Positions 36,443-47,849 of a stretch of DNA of 64,000 bases are shown piece by piece (the stretch's first letter is position 1; each line of letters opens with the position of its first letter). Below the pieces are notes generated by a model that ran no database searches, had not been told where the DNA came from, and saw nothing but the letters and a program-made list of their open reading frames with translations. The position numbers and the translations under genes were made by a program. This DNA comes from Selaginella moellendorffii. Its lineage: Eukaryota > Plantae > Lycopodiophyta. Location: NCBI RefSeq assembly GCF_000143415.4, contig NW_003314446.1, positions 47,738 through 111,737 of the forward strand, given 5' to 3'.

Positions 36443-39400
36443 GAGGGTGAATGCCCAAAGCGTTCGTCTCCCAGACCCTAGGGGGTTTAGTGAGCTCCAA
36501 AAGTATAGTAGGGGGGAGGACTGCAATGAAGCCAGTTTGGCCAGGAAATGCCAGTTTGGCCCAGGAAGGTTGTACCCAATGTTGGGTGATGAGTTGCCCA
36601 CTGGGAAGCCCAAGACTAAAGTGAACACGGACTGACAAACAGGGTAGCTTGGTGAAGTGTTCAAGAGTCAGCTCTAGTTCCCCGGGAGATCGACTAGCCG
36701 ATGCTCCCAGTCCAAGTGTGGGTGGCACTACCTACTTGGATACCTGGCGTGGCTTAACGGAACCTCGCTCTAAGCCCATGGCTAGAACACCTAAAGGCGA
36801 AAGGCGGGGAGAGTACCCATGAAGCTTGCGTAAGTCCATGGTGTTCCGAAATGTTGTCTTAAAGTCCCAAACGGTGAAAGGGAAAAGGAGCAATCTTCTA
36901 GTGCAGTGACCAAGGATATAGTCACATGGTGAAGAAGTCCCAAAGGATAGTGGTACTTAGAGGTCAGGCCTGCGGGCCTTGATCTAGTGGCAGTGTTGGC
37001 GAACACAGCCATGGACAAAAAGGGACTTAGTGGGGACTAGAAAAAAGAGTTGTCGGGGAAGGCTATTCCCCATGTCTGCGGGCATCCTAAGGATGCTAAG
37101 GAGTAGATCTGGGATAATCACTCATGGACGGATGGCTTAGTCTTTGAGAGACGGGACTATGATGCAGGTAGCATTAAACCAGTGTGACCAATGTGAATGG
37201 GCATGGCCTTAGCGTAACAGGCTGATATGTCGGTGGTACCTTGGGTTGTCGGTCATGGGATCAGACGTGGAGCACTTACACCAAGTGCAAAGGTTAAGTG
37301 GCATGGATGCCAGTCTCGGGGCTAACAAGCCCCAAGTTCTAACTGGGACTTATAGAGGTTATGATGAAACTCCTCCAAGTGGTCAAAGGTGTGGTTAAGT
37401 GACTAAAGTAAAATGGAAAAATTAGTCGTTTACAACTTGGTATTGGAGCTATTCCTTAGTCTGACTTTTATTGGTGCTCAAGTATATCACTACTAGTGTT
37501 GGCATCAGAAGGTCTTAGGAGTGGGCCTATCCTTAAGGAGTAGCAAGTCAGGAAGACATAGCTCTCGACTACAGTTCATGTGTGAACTTGTAAGCGAGGT
37601 GGTGGATAGAAAAGGGCTAATAATGGAACGACTTCGAGATCTTGGGAACAATGCAAGGTTTTCCTCATTGAGTTGAGGATGTGATCCAGATGAGTGTTTG
37701 ACTTAGCAAACTAGTTAATATAGTTGTGGTAAACAACTATAGTTGGGATCACGGGAAAGATGCAAACTCCAAAATGATAATGGAGTCACAAGATTACCCT
37801 CATATAGTTGAGGCTGGTGCTCATGAATTTGAGATTGGAATTGATGACCGTGGGAGGTCAAATACGGAAAAGGACACAAAGTCTTTGGAATGGTAGCTAG
37901 GGTTACCTTTAATAGATGCTGGAACAACCCAAGGAGTTGGGGGTGTACTTAAATGATGAGTTGGTATTCTTATCACATGGACAAGTGGTTATAAGGGGCA
38001 AAAGGTTGCCCCTAGAGAACAAATCAAGTGTCAGAGTAACATTTGCAAAGATGGTCCTTGTGAGTAGGACATGAATACAAGGAGTTGTATTCCAATGAGC
38101 TAGCACCTCAAAAGTAGGACTTCATGAGTCGTTGGATTAGCAAAGTCCAAAAAGTCTGATGACTTTTAATAGAGTCAAAGAATAATCCTAAGGGATTGAT
38201 GGAAGCATTTGGACTGAGGTGTATAGTGCCCTACGAAGGATGGGGGAGGATCTTGAGATCCAAGCATGAGAACAATGTGTATCTCATTGATGGCAGAAGG
38301 TGCCATGCTAAAGTCGTGGGAAAGAGTTTCCCGGAAGAAAACAACTTTGACACAAAGTTGTGTGTGAACTTTATGGTGCAGTGCTAATGGATAATTGGCA
38401 TAAGAGACAACCATATTGGTCTTGGCAAAAAGATCTAGACACAAGTAAAAAGTGTTATAAATGTAGGCTTGTGGAGCCGATGGTGGGGAGACACTGAATA
38501 TGCCAAGGCGTGCTGCCTTGAGGTCAACTTGGCGGGTTCATGAAAACCTTGTCCAAAGGAATCCCAATGGAAATGGGAATGGCATAACCTAAGCTAAAAT
38601 GCATGGGGTTAGAGTGTCGTGACCTAAATAATGATGGAGGTATGGAAGCACCAGCAATGAGTTGTAGGACTTGACAACTATGAGGCAACTAAGCAAAAGG
38701 TGCAAAATAATTTGTTAAATTGGTAGAAGGCAACTACCTAAAACTTCTTATTGGGATAAGGAAGCTAGATATACCCTTATGGGGGATAAATTGCTTATGT
38801 TGCGATATAGTAAGTCAATGTCAAAAGGGGAATGCTCATTGTCAAAGAAACCATCATTAGGACACCCAAACACTCTAGAGCACCAGAAGTTGGTGTTTGA
38901 TTTCATGAGGGCAATGGATAATGCCCAGAGGACAAAGTCCCTAGCGAATGATGGATAGGAGATGCTATCCAAATGTTCAAGGTTGCGAAGACAGGAAAAG
39001 TCCGTCTACCCAAATTGGACAAAGCCAAAAAAGGGGATTTTAGCAAGGCTAGTGATAGGCATATGAAGGCCCATAAGTAGCAATGGTAATCCCAGTGTGT
39101 GGGATTACAATGTGAGCAAACTCGGATTGAGGAACCACTCCCTAGGCTGTCGGGTAGGTTCATCCTTATGAATACTCGCCAAAGCATAGTAGAAAGAGCA
39201 AAGCTATCTTCCTAGCCTGGAGGAGAATAACCAAAGGAAATGTATGAAGCCAAAAGGCAAGTAGTAAAGGGATAGAATTGAACCATAGGAATTGACAGGC
39301 ATGACCAAGGGTGGTTATAAAAGTTGGGAGTGGAGAATCAAGTGGGTGCTCAAGCATATTGTTACTAGCGACCGGGATGCCATAGAGAGTCTAAAGCATG

Positions 39401-39905
39401 AGATTGTCCATGCTAGACTATATGGTAATTGGAAAGCTTGCGAATGGAGAGACTTTAGCAAGCTCAGGAATAAAGTTCCTTGAACATTCCCTTAAGTAGA
39501 TAAGTACCTAGACATCCAAGTGTAAATGGTTTATAAAGTGTGCGAAATTAGAGTGGCGCAACAGAAGCGTGGTCTTGAAGTTTGCCAAGAAGCGAGGCTA
39601 TCAATGTAAGGGAAGTAGTTCCCGAGTGTTCAAAGAGAGGGTTTTGAATGAAAGTCGATGGTTAAGGACTTTCACGTTTATGCATGAACCATGTTACAAT
39701 AGTCGGATGACTTGCTAAATGAGATTGGCAAGTCAGGGGAACGAATACCCTAGTTGAAGGAGCCAACTTCAAAGGGGTGGCCCATGGGGCCAAGCATGGA
39801 GGAGTCCATGTCTGATTACAGACTTGTCAAGTGAGAAGACTTGGTAGTGCGGAGGAACTAGGTTCTTAAGCGGTGATCTATAGCGCGCTTTAAATATAAG
39901 TTGGT

Positions 39906-40028
39906 GCACCGGCGTGGGGAGTCACGCCAGGCATCCGGTGTGATGCCGTCTGTAGATGCATATACAGAGGTTGGGTTCGAGTCCCGACCCTTTAGTGCTT
40001 GGGTTCGAGTCCCAATTCATTAGGGTGC
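39906..40028 (+). other. Candidate structured RNA element: five hairpins, two with TTCGAGT T-loops
   Basis: Stems at 39911-39928, 39930-39947, 39949-39968, 39969-39989, 39999-40015; possible closing helix GCACC/GGTGC. Confidence 0.55.
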
Positions 40029-42128
40029 GGTGATAGTTTGGAATATGAGGACACTCATTTTTCGGTGGTCATGGACTCTTAGTAAAGAGATTAGCTTGGG
40101 CACACCGCCAAGTGGGGGATGCCCCGAAGTTGTGATATATGGTTAGATTGCTTAGTGTGAAACCTCGGCATATCTAACTTGAAAACTTTGGTGCAAGTGG
40201 CACCAAGGACGTGGTGAATGAGATGGGGACACCCAGTCTCAGTGGCTATGGACCCTTGGCCGGATGGGCTGGCTTAGGTGCACCGCCAAGTGTGGGGGAT
40301 GCTCTCGTGGTCATAATCAACAATTTAAAAGTCTAGAAGATCTAGTATTTATTAGCAAACCTATTAAGGTGCCAAGGTTAGATCACTAGGTGATCTTATG
40401 GCTAAAACAATGACAAAGTCCTTGTGAGGTTAAGGGATAAAATTTCAAGTTCAAAGTGTTAATTGGAACTATTGATGATGGTGTGATTTGGTCAAGGTGA
40501 CCAAGTGAGAAGGACACCTAAGGGAAATGAGATATGTTAATGCAATGGCATAGTGAGTCTGAGGAAAGTAGTCTCTATAAGAGACCTATACGAGGGTCAC
40601 AAAGTTGAGCCGTGGATAGAGTCCACAACAAAAGATGTTAAAGAGATGTACTAGAGGTGAACACCCTCCGGACTTGGCAAAGGAGAGTTTTTTGCTATGA
40701 AACTGAAAGGATATTTCGAAAATGGAGGTAACGATCCTATGTTGTTGAGTGCAACAATCAAGGATAGGAGCAAAAAACTAGTGGCTAAGTAAAGAGCTAT
40801 GGGAATCATGGGAAAGGCAATGTGTTCCCAAGGATGGATTCCCAATTGCTCCAATGTGGCGAAAGTGGAAGCTCCAAGGGTGGGAGCAGTAAAGTAGCCA
40901 AATGATAGGGCTATGGACAGCCCTAGCACAAATTATGATAACTAGAACTTAGTGCCAAAGGTGGCACGAAATCGAATAAAGGATGATGTTGCCCTCAAGT
41001 AGAGAACTTCCTAGGATGCGGAGACACCCAGGAAATTGACTTCGAGAAATCAGAATTAAAAGTTCCAAAGTGCAAGGGTTATATTAATGGAAAGTGAGAC
41101 CACTCGAGAATGAGTAGTGGGATTGAGTTAGAGAAAGTGTCTTTAATAGGTTTAGTGAGAACTAAACCAATAAAAGGAGAGAACCACCACAAGTGGTCGA
41201 ATGAACCTCTAAGTTGGAGAGGCTATACTCTTTAGAGGATGGACAAGGCATGGTGAGCCTTTGGTGTCAAATTATAGACAAATATTGGCTGGGTGCAAGG
41301 ATGGAAATGGTAATACGTGTGGGTGTTACTTTATGAAGGGGTTGACTGTTCAAAGAGGACATCGAACTTCGTTTATGGGTGGTGGAGTTGTGAAACACAA
41401 AATCCCTGGGCCCCAAAGTGGAGCCGAAAGGGCGCCACGTGGTAGTGGCCGAAGCGAAAGCCAAACAAATGTAGCACATTTAAACTAAAAGCTCCGACTT
41501 GAAAAGGTCGAGAGTGGGAGTGGAACTCCCAACAAAAGGCTCGAGGAACAAGCACAAAGTGAAAGATAAGTGAGTCTCTAGAAAAGAGACACAAGAGGAC
41601 CGACACATGACACGTGGAAGTGTTCGAGATGGAGTCCAAGATAGATCCAAGATGGAGTCCGAGATGGACCCAAGATGGAGTCCGAGATGGACCTGAGATG
41701 GAGTCCGAGATGGACCCAAGATGGAGTCTGAGATGGAGTCCGAGATGGATCTGAGATAGAGTCCGAGATGGAGTCCAAGATGGAGTCCAAGATGGACCCG
41801 AGATGGAGTCCGAAGTCGAGACCGAGACCAGGACCGAGACCGGGATCGAGACCGAGACCAAGATCGGGACCGAGACCGAGACTGAGATCGGGACCGAGAC
41901 TGAGACCGAGGCCGAGGCCGAGACCGAGACCGAGGCCAAGGCCGAGACCGAGGCCGAGTCCGAGTCCGAGTCCAAGCCCGACTCTGAGTCCGAGTCCAAG
42001 CCCGACTCTGAGTCCGAGTCTGAGAGGGTGAAAGCCCCAAGCGTTCGTCTCCCAGACCCTAGGGGGTTTAGTGAGCTCCAAAAGTATAGTAGGGGGGGAG
42101 ACTGTAGTGGAGCCAGTTTGGCCAGGAA

Positions 42129-42228
42129 NNNNNNNNNNNNNNNNNNNNNNNNNNNNNNNNNNNNNNNNNNNNNNNNNNNNNNNNNNNNNNNNNNNNNNNN
42201 NNNNNNNNNNNNNNNNNNNNNNNNNNNN
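42129..42228. other. Assembly gap (100 N) inside the 3' LTR
   Basis: Run of N. Confidence 0.99.
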
Positions 42229-43033
42229 GACAACAGGGTAGCTTGGTGAAGTGTTCAAAAGTTGGCTTTAGTTCCCCCGGGAGATCGACTAGCCGATGCT
42301 CCCAGTCCAAGTGTGGGTGGCACTACCTACTTGGATACCTAGCGTGGCTCAACGGAACCTCGCTCTAAGCCCATGGCTAGAACACTTAAAGGCGAAAGGC
42401 AGGGAGAGTACCCATAAGGCTTGCGTAAGGCCACGGTGTTCCGAAATGTTATCCTAAAGTCCCAAACGATGAAAGGGAAAAGGAGCAATCTTCTAGTGCA
42501 GTGACCAAGGATACAGTCATATGGTGAAGAAGTCCCAAAGGATAGTGGGACTTAGAGGTCAGGCTTGCGGGCCTTGATCTAGTGGCAGTGTTGGTAAACA
42601 CGGCCATGGACAAAAAGGGACTTGGTGGGGACTGAAAAAGAGTTGTCGGGGAAGGTTATTCCCCATGTTTATGGGCATCCTAAGGATGCTAAGGAGTAGA
42701 TCTGGGATGATCACTCATGGATGGATGGCCCAGTCTTTGAGAGACGGGACTATGATGCAAGTGGCATTAGACCACCGGTGTGACCAATGTGAATGGGCAT
42801 GGCCTTAGCGTAATGGGCCGATATGTCAGTGGTACCTTGGGTTGTCAGTCATGGGATCAAACACATGGAGCACTTAGACCAAGTGCAAAGATTGAGTGGC
42901 ATGGATGCCATTCTCGAGGCTAACAAGCCCCAAGTTCTAACTAGAACTTATAGAGGTTATAAATGAGACTCCTCCAAATGGTAGGAGGTGTGGTTAAATG
43001 ACTAAAGTAAAATGGAAAAATTAGTCATTTACA

Positions 43034-43640
43034 AGCACCCCTTACAACCAGCAAGTCCCGAGAGCCTTCAGCACCAGTACCTTCATCTGCCACCCCTGTG
43101 AGAAACACACAAGGCTGCTGCACTGCAATCTTGTACAAACACATCACAAACAATCACAATATCTGGTGCAGCTTTCCGGACAGTCTCAAGAAGCTCTTGT
43201 GATGCACTGAACAGCTGGTCTAGCCCTTCCCACAGAAGACTGGGCTGCCTATGACCAAGATGGGGAAGACAACAAATAGGGGATTTGGTGAGAGCATATT
43301 TCTCCTTGAAATCGTCTCAAGTACATTTCTCCATCACCCTGCAGAATGTAGACAAAATATCTTCCACCATACCTGTAGTTATAGGTGTGGAATGAAGACT
43401 GAAAACTGCAGCAGAAGCAGGATCAACCAAGAAGCAAATCAGGCCAACACAAAGAAGAAGAAAAATGACTTAAGCAGGAGAAGCTTTTCTTCCTGCAGCT
43501 GCTCCTCTTTCCTCTCCAGATACTTCTTCTGATCAGGATCTTGCTCGCTCTCCGGAGAACCTGAAGGAAACTTCAAGATTTTTCTTAATTTATTCTTAAG
43601 ATCACTGAAATCTGCGTCGGTCAAAGGCCTCCCTGGCAAT
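43034..43640 (-). pseudogene. 5' part of the Crinkler-like pseudogene
   Basis: Coiled-coil KKYLERKEEQLQEEKLLLL, then QPSLLWEGL, then GSRDLLVVRGA, which joins in frame to LEWIYLTG on the other side of the LTR element. Confidence 0.6.
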
Positions 43641-43922
43641 GTGTTACTGGCACACTTGCTATGTACGTGTCATTATCAGCTTAACTATTTGTTTGATATC
43701 CTACCTACATTGATCCATTTCCACACAAGGCGCTTCAAGGGGTAAGGCGAGATATGAATTCGAGGGGCAAGGCACTCTCCCACTTTTTTTGCAGGAAATT
43801 TATAGAATCTAACAATGTTTTCCTGGCTTTCCTAGAATGTCCTGAAGAAAACAAGGTTGGGGTGGAGTAAGGGCCGAGTCCTTGCGGGTAGCCTGTGTCC
43901 AAACTTTCAAGTTTGGGTTCAA

Positions 43923-45241
43923 ATGGGAAAATTACCACTACCACTGGAACTTGAGTTGCGCGTACTATCTTGGGTCCCAGCTGAGGATGTAGCAAGGTTG
44001 CAACTTGTGTGCAAGGATTGGGGTCGCCTTCTCCATGACCCAACATTTAGAGCACTATGGGAACGACAGAATGGCACAAGTTCTTTCTTGTTACATGTAA
44101 AACGTCACGCGAGAGATAGCCTAGAAGTGCAATTTCGCTACTGCAAATATGATCCATCAGAAAACAGGGCTTGCTTGAAACAGGTACCTCCTTCATTACG
44201 GTCTTGGTTTGCACCAGATGGTTCAGAGCCACTCTTGGCTGGAGGGGGCCTCATTTTGTGCTGGTTTCCAAGGGTGTCGGGTTCAAGCGGACTTGTCGAC
44301 AGCACCAACAGGGAGTCCCCTTTCCTAGTTGGGAACCCGCTGACACAAGAATGGGTAAAGATTCCTGGACTTGAAGTTCCTCTGTATTATAGCAAGCGAA
44401 TGCTGACTACATATTTCGATGAGGGTCAGATGTTCTTCAGGTACAAAAGCGTTGTCATTACTAGTTTCCACCATGCTAATCGACTCATTTCGTTTCTTCG
44501 TTCAGGATTTGGCTTGAGCCATATTCGTTTGACTCTAAAGTCGGCATTTGGACAGTTCCTCGTGCTGTGGTCTTCGGAATGTGCTCGTACAACAGCGTAT
44601 GCGTCAAAGGGGTGCATTATGCTCTTGCACGACTTCATCAATATGCCGCACTTGTGCTGCTGGAAGTTGATTTTGCGGACATTAGCCGCTCGAAATGGGC
44701 GTATGCATGGGACTTATCGGAACTTGAGGGGACCTACGAAGATGTGTACATGCTGGAAGTTGGACCTGGTGAGATTGGTATATTTACACAAAAGATGGAG
44801 TGGATGGAGTATACAACGGTTATGGTGTTAGATAGGCAGCAGAACGATGATGGAGATTTAGAGTGGACATGGAAAACAGTGTCGACCTCACCTGAAGAAG
44901 ACTTTGAAACGGGACCAGGCATAATCCAGACTTCTGAATGCCAGACGCATGGGAAGGATACCTTCTGCGTTGCGGAGCAAGGGATTGTGAGATTCGATTC
45001 TCAAAACTTGACATGGGAATGGGTTGAGAAGGGGCAGCACTTGGAAAGAGTTATGGAGAAACTGCTCCTTTTGGAACCCAACTTGGCAGCTGTGCCTAGC
45101 TTGGACTTGAAGTCAGCCTGTGCCAGCCGGTTTCGAAAGGTCTGCTATGTGGGTCATCCTGTGGAGCACGAATTCTCAGGTGAGTGTTTTTCTATTAACA
45201 TGTTCGTATTGATATTGGTGGACACTGACTTTCAGACTTGA
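43923..45241 (+). CDS. F-box protein with a beta-propeller-type C-terminus; intron ~44440-44505; 3' end uncertain
   Basis: LPLELELRVLSWVPAEDVARLQLVCKDW; LAGGGLILC; FLVGNPLTQEWVKIP; ORFs 43857 and 44567 are joined by a GT-AG intron. Confidence 0.82.
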
Positions 45242-45556
45242 AAGCTCTCTGGAAGCCAGGCTTGTCATGGCAAGAGATTGGAGAAGTAGCAATTGATTGG
45301 AAAGAAGGTGGTAAGTACAACATCTTGTTTGCTAGAGAAGCCTAGTTTGGTTTATATGGTGATCTACGTGATGCAGTAATACCACTTGAGGCAACTGTTT
45401 AGAGTAACAGTTTCCAAGTACCTTGGAACCTGCCTCAACAAAATTCGTATGATAAAAATTCCAAACCCTAAGCTTCTGACGGTATATGCTTAAAAAGTTC
45501 GGCAGAGGTAACTGAATATTCAACTGAAATAAATTCAAGAACGGAATATGCCCGAT

Positions 45557-46737
45557 CTAGCCTTGTTGCATTGGCTGTTCTTCCACAACGTCCGGGGCGG
45601 ACGCTTGTGATTCCGGGGGGTAGTACTGATAGTGTAGCTCACTCACATCGTCACCGGAGATCTTCTTCCAGCCTTGGGGACCAATGTGATAAACTGGAAG
45701 CAAAGCAAGCTCAGAGCGATGAAAAGCGAAAGAAAAAAAGCTTACCGCTCGCAACTCCTCCGCTGGCTCCATCTCTAAACGTCGCGTGATAGATCGCTCG
45801 TCTTCCCAGCTCCACGGCTTCCTCGACGCTCATCTCGTACTTATACCTGAGATTGGAACACAGTGAAACCCGAAGAACTCGAAGAAGGATTCTTACCCGC
45901 TATCGAGAATGCCGTAAGCGTAAGTAGACCCAGAGCCAACGGAGAAAAGAGTTCCTTTCGTTCTTCCACCTTCGCTATCAACGTAAAAGAGAGCGGGCCC
46001 CTGGATCAAATCACGAGACGTGAGAAGAAAACTTGGGAATGGCGAGATGGAAACAAGAAAGAGAACAGGGAAATACCGTTTCGTCCCAGCCAGCGATCAT
46101 GGTTCCCATGGACAGACCCATGCCACGGTAGGAGTAGAGGGTGTTTGCCAAGAGCTTGGAAGCACCGGCAACAGAAATCCTCCTCTTGTTCGCAAGCTCG
46201 TGAAGCCGGCACTGTGATTCAAACGAACAGAGTGTCAACATCGTGGAGGAAAAAGGAGCGAAGACAAACTTACCCGCGTTCCAAGATTTCTCTGCCAGAA
46301 CTGACAATCGGCCGCACCCCCAGCCATGGTTCCCAGGAGATATGGGTTGATTTCCAGAATTTTCTTCACCGACTGGGATGCTGCGAGAGATCACTCGATC
46401 ACAAGTAGAGACAAACACGAAGAAACACTTACAGATATACTGTCCCATGCTAGCTCGAGAGTCGGCAGCGACGATAATCCCTCCCTGGAACTCAAACGCC
46501 AGCGTCGTGGTTCCGTGCGCTGGCTTCAGCAAATCCACGGCAGCTTTCTGGAATCCATCCAGCTGCGCAAAACGAAATCCCCAGACTCAGGTCATCACAA
46601 GAAATACTCGAGGAGCGACTTACATCGGCGACCTTCGGGAGAGGAAAGGAGCACTGCGGCTCCCAATGCGCTGCCGGATCCGAGTAGGAGTGCTGGCGCA
46701 GAGAAGCTGGTTCCAAACCGCTGAAATCGAGCGCCAT
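45557..46737 (-). CDS. PBE: 20S proteasome subunit beta-5, multi-exon
   Basis: Propeptide, then HG/TTTLAF; AADSRASMG; [15 protein letters not shown]; [12 protein letters not shown]; [11 protein letters not shown]. Confidence 0.96.
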
Positions 46738-46780
46738 CGCCCCTGCCCTAGCTCAAGAACCCTAAAAAGAAAGAGAAGAA

Positions 46781-47827
46781 ATGTATCCCCCTGTCTACGT
46801 GGGCAAGGAGAAATTGCCCAGTGGAGATTTGAGGAATCACCTTCGCGTGGAGGAATGGAATGCCCTGATCGATGGTGCGGCCAGCCGATCGCAGCTGCGC
46901 AGCGTATGGGCACACGTCAAGAAGATCCAAGCCACGAATTTGCCGATGAGCGTCTATCTCTCGAATCTCCTCCTCCGAGCGTTTGGCCGCCGCGCAGGGA
47001 TCAAGGATGCCCTCCTCGTTTTCGATGCCATGGTCGTCAAGAGCTGCTACTCGTGGATTCTTGTTCTCGCCGCGATCTCTCTCGATCGATGCAAGGGCAT
47101 TGATCTAGATCTAGATCACGGCAAGAGATTCGCAAGCGAACACAGGGCGGCTGGAGGGCAGATTTCTTGGAACACAAAGCTCGCTGCGATCTCCCAGGGC
47201 GGGGATTTCTCCCTCGCGAAGAATTTCTTCCGCGCGATGCCTTGCCGGGACGACATTTCGTGGCACTCGATGGTCGCCGCCGCCGCGCACAGCGGCGATT
47301 TGGACGAGATAGCGCAGATCTTCGAAAGAATGCCGATGAGAGATTCCTTCTCGTGGAACGCGATGGTCGCAGCATTTGCCCAGGCCGGGCATTTGCACGA
47401 CGTATCGCTAGTCTTCTCCCAAATGCCATGGCGGGAAGTTCTAGCGTGGAATTTGATCCTCGCGGTTCTCTTCCGGAAGGGCGAGTGGAGGAATGCGCTG
47501 CGCCACTATCGATTGATGGTGCTGGAGGGCGTGGAGCCGGACGAGCTTACGTTCGTGACGCTCTTGGTAGGATCGAGCTTTCTCGACTATGGTCATCTTA
47601 TCTTCTCGTGGATGATCATGGATCATGGCATCCAACCAGTACGCCTCCACTACACTTCCATCGTCTATCTCCTGCGAAAGAACCATCGCCCAGCAGAGGC
47701 AAGGGTGTTCCGAGCTGGGATCTCGATTGAGGAAGACAACCTCTGGGCGAAATTCCTGGTAAGTTTCTCCAGCTTTGTGATCTTATTCATGTTCATGTTA
47801 ATGAATGAATTGATATTTCTCTCGTGA
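46781..47827 (+). CDS. Short, degenerate PLS-class PPR protein
   Basis: Several MP.RD..SWN motifs, then EGVEPDELTFVTLL and DHGIQP...HY. Confidence 0.75.
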   Translation: MYPPVYVGKEKLPSGDLRNHLRVEEWNALIDGAASRSQLRSVWAHVKKIQATNLPMSVYLSNLLLRAFGRRAGIKDALLVFDAMVVKSCYSWILVLAAISLDRCKGIDLDLDHGKRFASEHRAAGGQISWNTKLAAISQGGDFSLAKNFFRAMPCRDDISWHSMVAAAAHSGDLDEIAQIFERMPMRDSFSWNAMVAAFAQAGHLHDVSLVFSQMPWREVLAWNLILAVLFRKGEWRNALRHYRLMVLEGVEPDELTFVTLLVGSSFLDYGHLIFSWMIMDHGIQPVRLHYTSIVYLLRKNHRPAEARVFRAGISIEEDNLWAKFLVSFSSFVILFMFMLMNELIFLS

Positions 47828-47849
47828 AAGGTTCTAACTGGTGTGATCG

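Larger units (their letters stand above)
35934..43033 (+). mobile_element. Non-autonomous chromovirus-derived Ty3/gypsy LTR element (LTRs 35934-37434 and 41389-43033)
   Basis: Both LTRs end TG...CA; Met-like PBS TGGTATTGGAGC at 37438; PPT-like GGGTGGTGGAG before 41389; decayed KCYKC knuckle (~38450) and chromodomain-like YRLVK*E....N*V (~39815-39865); no RT seen; imperfect TSD GGCAT/AGCAC. Confidence 0.88.

Noticed and set aside
39906-40028. A true tRNA gene
   Set aside because: No 7-bp acceptor stem, D arm or anticodon arm in canonical spacing, and the T arm occurs twice; kept only as a tRNA-like candidate
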